Shown here: piece by piece, positions 18,736 through 27,788 of the stretch
Layout: each line of letters opens with the position of its first letter
Position numbering within the stretch: position 1 is the stretch's first letter
Virus record (IMG/VR): IMGVR_UViG_3300027983_000011
Coordinates: 5,938 to 69,937 of that record
Length of the DNA stretch: 64,000 nt
Source of the DNA: a virus
Direction: 5' to 3' (one strand)
Notes under the pieces: model-generated
Database searches by the model: none
Told to the model about the DNA's origin: nothing
The model's input: the letters and a program-made list of their open reading frames with translations, nothing else
Made by a program: the position numbers and the translations under genes

Positions 18736-20618
18736 ATTATTTTTAGCAAAACGTCATCGGGTGTTAAAATTGAGGCCTTAACATATCCCCTGTTTTCTGT
18801 GTATACAAGATGATTTGGTGTCATCTTTATCGTTGTTCCATCTTCGAGTTCCAGCTCTATGATGTCGGCCTGTTTTCTTGTAAGGTCGCCGGTTTCTATT
18901 GGAGAATTTTCTAAAATTCCTGTTTTTATGTCAAGAGATGAAGCCCACACAATATCTCCATTTTTTACATCTTTGATAACATCTTCAAGTTTTTTATTTC
19001 CGCGAGAAGTGTGTATCAGTGTATCACCTGTTAGACAAGGATTCACGCCTTCACAGTTATCTTTGTTTGTCGGATACATTTTATTATCCTTCATCGGACC
19101 ATCAATCAAGCGTCCAAATTTTTGAGCCAATGGAATATTGATAAATCCATAAGGTTCTCCCTTAGCCATTCCTGTTTCAGCATCTTTCTGATAGCCGGTC
19201 TCCCAAATGTCCCGAGATATTTGATTGAAACTATCAGCATAGATTGAGTTGTTGGATTTATTTCTCCAATTAGGAATGTTTCCATCCGCCCAATTTTTAG
19301 CGCGAATGTAAAGATGGTCATCTGGGTCGCCAATAGCAATCTGAGCAGAATTATGACTTACAATAAATGTATTATTTTCTGGATTCGCTACATAGAAATA
19401 ATTTTTCTCATCAACTTCAATGTCTATAGTTTTAGTCGTGTGAGTATCATATTCAATTTCCACTATTGGAATAAGGTCATAATCTTCAAGATTGAAATCT
19501 TCTAAATTTTTTTCTTTTTTAATCTCATAAGTGTATTTACTTTTTGTTTCGATTACAAGATTTTTAGGTTTTACTAGAAAATCTGTCTCCTTGTTGATTT
19601 CATCTACACTCTTCCATTCCATACCATTTACTTTATTATAAATAAGAAGTCTGTGGTTTTTGGTTGCTGAAAAGGTTTCTCCGTCGATAGTCTTTATGGT
19701 TGATACATTCTGTGTTCCCTGGTCAAATACTGCATTTACTTTTTTATATCCATAAGCGGTTTTAACATTATCCCCAACTTTTATATCTGACAATGCAACA
19801 CTCCCCCTTTCAGTATATACTAGGTAGTTATCAGGCAAACATCTTCTCACATTACCGGCCACCACGACTGAACCAATGATATTATTGATATCGAGTACGT
19901 CAATGGAGCGCAGTTTCTTGCCCTCACGACCTTGTAGAACAGAAATGATTTGTTCGATACCAGTTACCAATATCGTAGGACCGGAAGCGGTTCCACCAAA
20001 TCCAGAAATCTTCTCACCAGACCCACGGACTAAAATTGTAGAATATGTAAATGATTTTCCAGATACAAAAAATGAATCAACCACTTTTCTCAAAAGACTA
20101 ACCCAACCTTCGCGAGAGTCTGGGACAATGAAGTCTGTATCTTTTGTAGATTGGTGTATGACACTGACGCCAGCTTTTACTTTTGGTAATTCGTGAATAT
20201 CAGCCCTCTGAACGGAAAACCCTACTCCGCCGCCTAGCATGAGATTTTCAAATACAAAGCAGAAATCTTCAATATCATTCATGGAGACAAACCAGCAGTT
20301 TAAAAGCGAAGCGCCACCGTAACGAGCCACCGTAGGTGCACCAAGTTGCCACAACATACGTCCGGCAAAATTACACTTTAGATTGAATACCAAGTCGTAT
20401 AGTCGCTCAGCTTCTTCTTTTGTATACTTTGCTCCAATATCTTGGGCACCATTTATACAACGTTCGACTGTCTCAAACCATTCTTCTTTTGTTCCATCGC
20501 CCTTGATGCGTGAATATGTTCGCTTATATACGATATAACCGAGACCATTAAATCCCCAGTCTGGGTTTTTATTTTTATATTTGTTGACGAACGCATCTGA
20601 TAGAATTTTTTCTGACAT
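18732..20618 (-). CDS. nrdJ: Class II ribonucleotide reductase, N-terminal half with contiguous mini-intein (19350-19841) and split-intein IntN (18732-19037)
   Basis: VYKRTYSR, LLNCWF, GGGVGFS, PDSREGW, GNVRR|CLPD...SHN|SAQIA, GVNP|CLTGDT...TPNH. Confidence 0.93.
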   Translation of the reverse strand: MSEKILSDAFVNKYKNKNPDWGFNGLGYIVYKRTYSRIKGDGTKEEWFETVERCINGAQDIGAKYTKEEAERLYDLVFNLKCNFAGRMLWQLGAPTVARYGGASLLNCWFVSMNDIEDFCFVFENLMLGGGVGFSVQRADIHELPKVKAGVSVIHQSTKDTDFIVPDSREGWVSLLRKVVDSFFVSGKSFTYSTILVRGSGEKISGFGGTASGPTILVTGIEQIISVLQGREGKKLRSIDVLDINNIIGSVVVAGNVRRCLPDNYLVYTERGSVALSDIKVGDNVKTAYGYKKVNAVFDQGTQNVSTIKTIDGETFSATKNHRLLIYNKVNGMEWKSVDEINKETDFLVKPKNLVIETKSKYTYEIKKEKNLEDFNLEDYDLIPIVEIEYDTHTTKTIDIEVDEKNYFYVANPENNTFIVSHNSAQIAIGDPDDHLYIRAKNWADGNIPNWRNKSNNSIYADSFNQISRDIWETGYQKDAETGMAKGEPYGFINIPLAQKFGRLIDGPMKDNKMYPTNKDNCEGVNPCLTGDTLIHTSRGNKKLEDVIKDVKNGDIVWASSLDIKTGILENSPIETGDLTRKQADIIELELEDGTTIKMTPNHLVYTENRGYVKASILTPDDVLLKII

Positions 20619-20687
20619 ATAACAGTTTTTGGTTAGAGGTTTATTGTTGGCTGGGTCAATAAGTAGTTTTGGATTTGGTGAAATTTA

Positions 20688-21179
20688 TCACAAATCTTTA
20701 TTATTACCAAAGTCGTCTTTACGATATCCTCTCCATTTTGAGCTAAGTTGTTTTTTGACATCATTTTCCCCATCATCGGATTCCATGTTAGATTTTATGT
20801 TGGAAGATTCTGCTGATTTTTCGTCATAAATACGTATATCACCATTGCCCGTGTCCATCTTCGAGTATAAGGTTATACCATCTGGTCCAAAGCGGTTCTT
20901 AATGATGTGCATTCGTGCCGTACTATTAGCCTTATCAGAAATATTTCGTGAAGCGCTCATCACAAAGTCCGCCGTCATAATTTTACGGTAACTGTCGGAA
21001 ACGTTATGTGCCTGAACAATATCTTCGCCTGCGCCGCTATTGTGAGTGTATACGTCATTGGCAAAAAACATATGCGTGTCGGCAACGGTTATGTCGATGG
21101 TTGGCCGGTCGCCCAACAGCTGAATACTCTCAATTTCGTCTAAGATAAAATCTTCGGGGTTTAGGTCATGTTCTTTCAT
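20688..21179 (-). CDS. dnaB: DnaB/gp41 helicase C-terminal half with split-intein IntC (21039-21179)
   Basis: TIDITV..HMFFANDVYTHN|SGAGEDIV...SDSYRKIMTADF...IKNRFGPDG. Confidence 0.9.
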   Translation of the reverse strand: MKEHDLNPEDFILDEIESIQLLGDRPTIDITVADTHMFFANDVYTHNSGAGEDIVQAHNVSDSYRKIMTADFVMSASRNISDKANSTARMHIIKNRFGPDGITLYSKMDTGNGDIRIYDEKSAESSNIKSNMESDDGENDVKKQLSSKWRGYRKDDFGNNKDL

Positions 21180-21215
21180 AATTTTTGTTGATAAATTTGA
21201 TGCAATTTTCTATGA

Positions 21216-22541
21216 TTACTTTTTAGTAAAAAGTTTATCGCCAACCGATAGGCCGGTCTGAATATTTTTAAAATTTCCATATTGAGTCGGAAACAGATGC
21301 CGTGAAGAGCAGTCGATATATTTTCCACTTTTTAACTTAATTCGATACACTGGTTGGTTTTCTATCGGAAAAATTTTTGTGACAGACTTATATCCGGCGT
21401 GTGTTAATACTTTATCTCCAGAAACTAAATCCCTAGCCTGGATGATTCCTTTCGTATCTACTTGAATATTAGTGTCTAATGAAAAACAGCGATTTGTTTG
21501 TGAGGCGGTCCAGATAGGCACCCCCAACTCACCCGCAATCATACGAAGTTCTTCATAGATTCCACCCATTTCTGAGTAGCTATTAGAATTCTTTTCTTTT
21601 TCAATCGGCCGGAGAATGTCAGCGTAATCAACGATGATAAGGTCTGGTTTAATTCCCTCTAACATAGCAACTCTCTCAAAGTGAAATTTGAGTGATTGAG
21701 CGCTCACCGTTTTGATTGGAAAATATTTCACAAACAACTTTCCTGGTACAGACTTGAGTTTTTCCTTAACTGCGTCAGCGTAATTTTTAACATTTTGAAA
21801 TTGAATTCCTGTAAAACAACAATCATATCGAAGTCCGACATAATTTTCATTCAATTCTAAGGTGTAATGTAGTACATTTTTTCCCTTCAACATTGCAGAT
21901 GCACCGACTCGCGCCAAAAGCCAACTCTTACCAATACCAGCGGGAGCAACAAATACTCCAAGTTCTCCTGGCCCAAGACCCCCGTCGATAAGCGAATCAA
22001 CTACATCCCAGCCAGTTGAAACCGTCTTGCGTGACATTTCACTCATACGTTTGTCAACTTCGATGTGATAGTTGTGGCCGAGATTTCTTTCCATGCCGGC
22101 TTTAAGAGCTTCATCAACTAAATGTTTAACCTTTTCATACTCACCCACCTTAATCAAATCGACCGAATTAATAATCGCTCCCTTTAGTTTTTGATTCTTA
22201 CAAAATTCAAGAAACTGTTCACGAACAAAATCTAAATCCGAATCAGTCAATTTCAAGAACACCGATTTCAAATTGTCAATTACCATAGCCTTCAATATTT
22301 CATTATTGATGGTAGAAATTCTAACCTTGAATACCTGTAACGTTGGAACGGAACTGTATTCAAGATAGTATGAAAACGTCTCTTTCAAAATCCAACGGTG
22401 TGCTTCGTTCTCAAAGGCCTCTGGGTCTGCAATGTCAAGAACTCTTTCTAAGAAAGTTTTTTCTGAAAGGATACCAGCGATGATTTTTGCTTGAAATTCA
22501 AGTCCATACTTGTGTAGATTATCTATAATGATTGGTGACAT
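21216..22541 (-). CDS. dnaB: DnaB/gp41 helicase N-terminal half with split-intein IntN (21216-21488)
   Basis: APAGIGKS, YTLEL, IIVDYADIL, WTASQTNR|CFSLDT...CSSRHLFPT. Confidence 0.92.
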   Translation of the reverse strand: MSPIIIDNLHKYGLEFQAKIIAGILSEKTFLERVLDIADPEAFENEAHRWILKETFSYYLEYSSVPTLQVFKVRISTINNEILKAMVIDNLKSVFLKLTDSDLDFVREQFLEFCKNQKLKGAIINSVDLIKVGEYEKVKHLVDEALKAGMERNLGHNYHIEVDKRMSEMSRKTVSTGWDVVDSLIDGGLGPGELGVFVAPAGIGKSWLLARVGASAMLKGKNVLHYTLELNENYVGLRYDCCFTGIQFQNVKNYADAVKEKLKSVPGKLFVKYFPIKTVSAQSLKFHFERVAMLEGIKPDLIIVDYADILRPIEKEKNSNSYSEMGGIYEELRMIAGELGVPIWTASQTNRCFSLDTNIQVDTKGIIQARDLVSGDKVLTHAGYKSVTKIFPIENQPVYRIKLKSGKYIDCSSRHLFPTQYGNFKNIQTGLSVGDKLFTKK

Positions 22542-22593
22542 AATTGTTAAGTGTATATTAGGTTATTTGGGTTAAAGGTCAATTGATAATAAT

Positions 22594-22737
22594 TCACGGG
22601 CCAAAACTTTCCCGCAACTGCTTAGCGTAAGCTTGCATGATATTTTCTCTACTACTTAATTTATTGCGACCCTCCCACGCTAGGTAGAAGTTTAAATTCG
22701 GAAATGTGCCATTGTTGGTTTTTACGTATGCTTTCAT
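22594..22737 (-). pseudogene. Short, probably internally deleted gene remnant
   Basis: MKAYVKTNNGTFPNLNFYLAWEG...*, 47 aa; N-terminus resembles phage ATP-grasp proteins. Confidence 0.35.
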
Positions 22738-22741
22738 AAAT

Positions 22742-23800
22742 TTACTTTGACAGACAGTCGAGTGGATAAAATACTTCTTGAAGCCAAAGGTGGTAGTTTG
22801 GAATAGCTGTGTGCATCCCGTGTTGGGTCAACCGTTGTATGAATTGAAATTTATTGAGACTATAATCTCTACCCAAAGCATCTGTAATTCCCATTTGTAA
22901 AGTTGGTGAAAAATCGGGCTCCTTTAACTGCATCAATTTATAGTTTAATTTAACTGTATCGATATTGCTAACAACGTCGGCATAACACTTTGATTCGTTT
23001 ATTTTATCCTTGGCAAATGTTTCAATTTTATCGACACTTGTCTCTGTCGATTCGGTAATCATTGGAAATCTTTTAATTGCTGTTTTGATAGCAATACCTT
23101 TAATACCAGGAATATTGTCAGAAGTATCGCCGGTCAGAGTTCGGTAATAGACAAAGTTTGTCGGATGAATACCGTATTGATTAACAACATCCATTGTGCT
23201 GTAAAGTTTTTTCTTGATTGGACTCCATACATTTACGCGGTCGTTCACCAACTGCAAAAAATCCCTATCAGCGCTCATGATTGTAATTTTATTCTCTGGC
23301 TTGTTGTAAACACTTGTGGCAATATAAGCTATAGCATCATCGGCTTCAATGTTATCTACTGCAATTACTGATACCGGTAGGCAATCGAGGAAGTCGTTGA
23401 CCAGTACGGACATTTGGTGCATCATCGCTTTTCGCTCATCTTCTGGATTACTCATTTCTTCGTAAGCTCGATTTACTCGCATCGTAACTTTACTTTTATT
23501 TTTATAATCCGGATAGAGTTTGCGCCGTCGTTGACTTCCACCTTTTCCGTCAAATACAACAATTACACGCGTCGGCTTCAGTAATTTAACAGCATAGCCA
23601 ATCGTGGTTAAGAATCCAGAGATTCCTCCACAGTGTTCACCATTTTCTGTTAGAGTTGGCACGACCAGAAATACCCTGATATAATTATTAGTTCCGTCCA
23701 CTATAAGTATATCACTATTGCGGGTTCTGGATGATACTGGAGCTGCATTTTTGTGCACTTCTTTTATTTCTGCAAAAATTGATTTGTATTTATTGTTCAT
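22742..23800 (-). CDS. 5'-3' exonuclease / flap endonuclease (T4 RNase H-like)
   Basis: IVDGTN, VFDG, RR..YPDYK, EADDAI, SADRDFLQL, GDTSDNIPGIKGI. Confidence 0.92.
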   Translation of the reverse strand: MNNKYKSIFAEIKEVHKNAAPVSSRTRNSDILIVDGTNNYIRVFLVVPTLTENGEHCGGISGFLTTIGYAVKLLKPTRVIVVFDGKGGSQRRRKLYPDYKNKSKVTMRVNRAYEEMSNPEDERKAMMHQMSVLVNDFLDCLPVSVIAVDNIEADDAIAYIATSVYNKPENKITIMSADRDFLQLVNDRVNVWSPIKKKLYSTMDVVNQYGIHPTNFVYYRTLTGDTSDNIPGIKGIAIKTAIKRFPMITESTETSVDKIETFAKDKINESKCYADVVSNIDTVKLNYKLMQLKEPDFSPTLQMGITDALGRDYSLNKFQFIQRLTQHGMHTAIPNYHLWLQEVFYPLDCLSK

Positions 23801-24141
23801 GATTTAGAATTCTCCCAATCGTTTGCCCAATCTAGTGTGTTATAAACCTCGCCACTTTTGTTATGAATCAATTTACCATTGAAGTGTTGCCAGTGATGCC
23901 GCCATTCGTGCGCTAATGACGCCCTAGCCCCCGCATCAGTATTCCAGTGAGATGTGTTAATAATAATTACCCCGTTATTTGTAGATATACCACAATCATC
24001 TTTCTCGATTGGATATTCGTGGTTCGGTCGTGGGGTAATGTAGCCCGTTTTTCCTTCGTATCCACCTTGCGCAAATACCAAACTAGGATACGGAAGCCAC
24101 TTATCCATTTTCCATAACCAATGTAATTCTATGCTTCTCAT
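23797..24141 (-). CDS. Small HEXXH metalloprotease-like protein, possibly truncated
   Basis: SLAHEWRHHWQ motif. Confidence 0.5.
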   Translation of the reverse strand: MRSIELHWLWKMDKWLPYPSLVFAQGGYEGKTGYITPRPNHEYPIEKDDCGISTNNGVIIINTSHWNTDAGARASLAHEWRHHWQHFNGKLIHNKSGEVYNTLDWANDWENSKS

Positions 24142-24186
24142 AAAATGAAAGCTGTATGGAGATGTTTCACTCCATACAACAATTTG

Positions 24187-25416
24187 TTATTCGTCGATAC
24201 CCTCTTGGCTCGAATCAACCTCAACGTCATCCTCCAACTCAGAATCTGGTGACTTGTATTTCATGATACAAATATCACACAGTTGGTTGTAAAGAAACTC
24301 ATTTACGTCCGATCGAGATGTCAGAAGTTTTGGGAAATCCCTCTTCTCAAAGAATATCTGTTCCTCACCGTCAGCAACAGGAAGAAGAATTTGGAGAGAC
24401 TTAGCTGACTTACTCTCTTCCTTTTCTGCCTCCTGTTCCTTCTTAGTTTTCTTAACATTCTTGTCTTCCTTTACCTTCTTAGCATTGGTGACAACTTTAT
24501 TTTCGAGTAGTGTTTCTAACCAACTACCGTAAGCATCGATACCACGATCGAAGAAGATATTAAATTCACATCCTCGTAAAGGCGGCCCCATGCGATTCTT
24601 AATAACAACTGCCTTGGTTTTAATACCAATTGGCACTGTTCCAAGCTTAATACTTCCTGTCGATTTAAGACGAATGCGAACTGAAGCGTGGAAGGCGAGA
24701 GCCTTACCGCCACTCGTTGTCCAAGGGTCGCCAAAACCTACAAAACCAATCTTTTGACGGAGTTGGTTTGTGAACACGAGACAGATGCGTTGCCGAGCGA
24801 TTAATTCTGTAACTTTACGCATAGCCTTGCTGATAGCAATAGCTTTTCCTGTAGCATATCCGTCCGCTCCGTGGTCTGACGCCATTTCTTTCTTCGTTGA
24901 AGCAGCAGCGATGGAATCGACAACAATTGTAACAAGTCGATTCTTATTAGAATTACGAACCTTAGCCACTATAGTTTCGATATTATCAAATATGTCTTCA
25001 ATGGTATTAACATTGATATACAACATCTTTTGAACATCTACACCAATTGCTGATAAGAACTCAGGCGAAACGGCATATTCGGTATCAATGAATACAGCTA
25101 CTCCACCTTGTTTCTGTGTGTCGGCGAGCAAATGTGCTGCAACCAAACTTTTTCCCGAAGCTTCCAAACCGGTTAATTCAGTAATACGCCCAACGGGCAA
25201 ACCGCCACCAGGACGATTAGCGATAGCAATATTGAGTTGGTGTTCTCCGGTTGAAATCCAGTCTGTGATTTTAGAAGGGTCTTCTGAATCACTTAGGAAA
25301 AAAGCTACTTTTCCACTGTCTTTATTTGCTTTGTTTAATGTCTCGGCGAGGGAATCAGCCAGTTCATCGCGGACAGGAGCAACTTCGTGCTCAATTCTAT
25401 TTTTCTTTGTAGCCAT
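24187..25416 (-). CDS. recA: RecA/UvsX recombinase
   Basis: GRITELTGLEASGKS, FIDTE, IVVDSIAA, TNQLR, TSGGKALAFHASVRI, KNRMGPP. Confidence 0.95.
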   Translation of the reverse strand: MATKKNRIEHEVAPVRDELADSLAETLNKANKDSGKVAFFLSDSEDPSKITDWISTGEHQLNIAIANRPGGGLPVGRITELTGLEASGKSLVAAHLLADTQKQGGVAVFIDTEYAVSPEFLSAIGVDVQKMLYINVNTIEDIFDNIETIVAKVRNSNKNRLVTIVVDSIAAASTKKEMASDHGADGYATGKAIAISKAMRKVTELIARQRICLVFTNQLRQKIGFVGFGDPWTTSGGKALAFHASVRIRLKSTGSIKLGTVPIGIKTKAVVIKNRMGPPLRGCEFNIFFDRGIDAYGSWLETLLENKVVTNAKKVKEDKNVKKTKKEQEAEKEESKSAKSLQILLPVADGEEQIFFEKRDFPKLLTSRSDVNEFLYNQLCDICIMKYKSPDSELEDDVEVDSSQEGIDE

Positions 25417-25438
25417 AATTATTTTGGGTTAAGTAATA

Positions 25439-25466
25439 GCAGCGGTTGGAATCTACCAACCGCTGC
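25439..25466 (-). terminator. Terminator-like hairpin after SSB
   Basis: GCAGCGGTTGG-AATCTA-CCAACCGCTGC. Confidence 0.65.
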
Positions 25467-25497
25467 CTTACAATTAGCTGGGTTCTTTCAGAACCGA

Positions 25498-26301
25498 TTA
25501 CGAACTGAACAACTTGTCGAAGTCTTCTGCAACTTCTTTAGCCGTCGCCGTTACCTTCTTTCCAGAAGCAGCAACTGGGCTCTCCGTTGGCGTTTCTTCC
25601 GTAGATGCGACATCGGCAGATGGTGTACCAACCTCGTCATCACTCTCGGGAGCGTTGAAGTAGCTGTCCATAATTGCTGCCAATTCTTCGTATGTTAGTT
25701 CCGGGAATAGTTCAAGAATGTCCTTCTGGTCTCTGAACTTTTCCAATACAACCTTGTTGGTCATATCAAACGCTGGAGTCTGATTTGGCTTGACGCGGAT
25801 ATTTGTCTCCGGAAAGCTCTTACCAGTTTCTTCAGCCGATTTGAATTCAACAAGAATATCACGGCCCGTCTTCGGGTCCGTAATATCACCGTAGTCAGGA
25901 TCGGCGATGATACCAAGGATTTCTTGATAAACCGTCTTTCCCATACCCCAGAACTTAACTCCCTGATCCTCTTCTCCACGAACGAGAATTGGAACATAAG
26001 TACGCATCTTTGGTTCAAGCTTGCGTCCTTCTTTCCAACTTTCCTTATCTCCGGTGCTCTTCAACTTATTGGCGAACTCAACGATTGGGTCAGGCCGATT
26101 GAACGAAGCAGGACTTAGATAAGTCTTGTTATTGATACCGTAGTGAAAGAGAAGCTCGATGAATGGGTTCTCTGGGTTGAACTTATAAGGGACAATGCGA
26201 ATTACGCTTTTTCCCTGTGGTTTCCACAAATGTGCTGACTTTCCGTTTGTGGTCTTGAGTGCCTCAAGGCGACTCTTAATCTTACTCATGTCTAATGCCA
26301 T
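25498..26301 (-). CDS. gp32-like single-stranded DNA-binding protein
   Basis: WKP, IRIVP, PF.E..FHY, GVKFWG.GKTVY, DYGDITD...GRD, acidic tail DFDKLF. Confidence 0.85.
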   Translation of the reverse strand: MALDMSKIKSRLEALKTTNGKSAHLWKPQGKSVIRIVPYKFNPENPFIELLFHYGINNKTYLSPASFNRPDPIVEFANKLKSTGDKESWKEGRKLEPKMRTYVPILVRGEEDQGVKFWGMGKTVYQEILGIIADPDYGDITDPKTGRDILVEFKSAEETGKSFPETNIRVKPNQTPAFDMTNKVVLEKFRDQKDILELFPELTYEELAAIMDSYFNAPESDDEVGTPSADVASTEETPTESPVAASGKKVTATAKEVAEDFDKLFSS

Positions 26302-26476
26302 AATTTTCCTTAGTTATTTTTTATTTGTTAATACGAATTGAATTTTCAATTAGTAAGTGTGTAATATGATTGATTAATGCACGTTTGTCAATTTGAAATA
26401 AGCCTTTGTCATTTTTTAATCGTTAATTGTGAGCATTAATCGCTCGCAATAAATATCAATCCGCCGGCAAAATATC

Positions 26477-26860
26477 TTATTTTACCGGATAAAGCGTCAA
26501 CAATTTTGTTGGAACTATTTTCAGACCAGAGTCACAGTTTATGATAATACTGTTTTTATATTTTGACCAATCCACTTCTCTGTTTGGGTTATTATCCCTG
26601 TCCGCCAATACGTTCAAAGCGTTGATTGAATAAATTACATTGAAGTCTTTTTTTCGGTGCACAGAAATTGTTTTGTAATGTCGGAGATTTGTTGTTTTTT
26701 CCACATTGTAAGTTAGAAAAACTTCTCGGGTGTCCTCTAAATTCTGCAAAACAAAAATTGACCGCCCTATTATATTATATGAACCTATAATTGAGGATAT
26801 ATCTTTTTTATACCCTTCCATTGTAGAAAAGGTGCACAGCAGCTGGGAATAAAATTCCAT
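26477..26860 (-). CDS. Conserved phage hypothetical protein
   Basis: QLLCTF...TISVHRKK..NVIYSINALN; coupled to the upstream ORF. Confidence 0.6.
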   Translation of the reverse strand: MEFYSQLLCTFSTMEGYKKDISSIIGSYNIIGRSIFVLQNLEDTREVFLTYNVEKTTNLRHYKTISVHRKKDFNVIYSINALNVLADRDNNPNREVDWSKYKNSIIINCDSGLKIVPTKLLTLYPVK

Positions 26861-27762
26861 TACGTTTGAGGTAGAGCTCTCTTTATGAAAACAGATAGAG
26901 CTTCTCTATCTGGGTGATTCACCGGAACAACCTGTTCGTCATATCCTACAACGGCAACTTTTTCACCTTCGCCGCCGTGCCATTCACCATATGGAGTCTC
27001 TTTCCAATTTTTTGAAAGAGCAAATTTCTTTGTCAGCTCTGGAATTGAAGGTCCGCTTGGAGCTGCTGGAGCCGGTGCCGGAGCTGCTGGAGGCTTCGGA
27101 GTCGAATCGGTTGCTGCAACTGTCCCACCAGCTGAGCTTTCGGGTGACGCTGGAGCAGCCGGCTCTGTTTCTGGACTTCCCGCGCTCGGTAATTCAGAAT
27201 CACCAGAAGGTTGTGGTTTTGGAGTTGTATTGGTTGGTTCATCTTTAGCTGGGACAGCCGGAGATTGAGGGTCCACCTTTACACCACCAGCAGCCGGAGC
27301 AGTTTGTTGAGCTGGTGCAACAGCTTTGGCTGGCACCGGTGTATCTGGTGCTGTTGGTTGTTCTCCTTGCACTGGTTCACTTGTGCTCACATCTTGCTGA
27401 GATTGGTGAGCCGTCTTACCCTTCTTTTTATAATACGTGTTCATCCCGCCTCGGCCGTGAGTAGGATCATTTTGGAAATGCGTACCCTTTTGAATAGCGG
27501 CATTACGATAATCGGCTGATGGAAATGTTACTAACCAACCTTCTTTATTGTAAGCCTGTCTATCTGGATGTTTTCCCTCACGTAGTATTAAATTGTTTAC
27601 AAGCTCTGTAACCATACCCGCGTCAAACCCAGCATCAAATAGACGCTCAGCTAAAACCTCAACGTGTTCGGGGTTACTCATTTCTAAGATACCACTCTCA
27701 ATCCTTTCATCGAGAGTGACTTCCATTAAAATCTCTTGAATAAAGTCATTTGTCTTTTTCAT
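26860..27762 (-). CDS. Hypothetical protein with Pro/Ala-rich linker
   Basis: 300 aa, late motif upstream. Confidence 0.6.
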   Translation of the reverse strand: MKKTNDFIQEILMEVTLDERIESGILEMSNPEHVEVLAERLFDAGFDAGMVTELVNNLILREGKHPDRQAYNKEGWLVTFPSADYRNAAIQKGTHFQNDPTHGRGGMNTYYKKKGKTAHQSQQDVSTSEPVQGEQPTAPDTPVPAKAVAPAQQTAPAAGGVKVDPQSPAVPAKDEPTNTTPKPQPSGDSELPSAGSPETEPAAPASPESSAGGTVAATDSTPKPPAAPAPAPAAPSGPSIPELTKKFALSKNWKETPYGEWHGGEGEKVAVVGYDEQVVPVNHPDREALSVFIKRALPQT

Positions 27763-27788
27763 ATTGTGTCGCCCTTATAAATATACAT

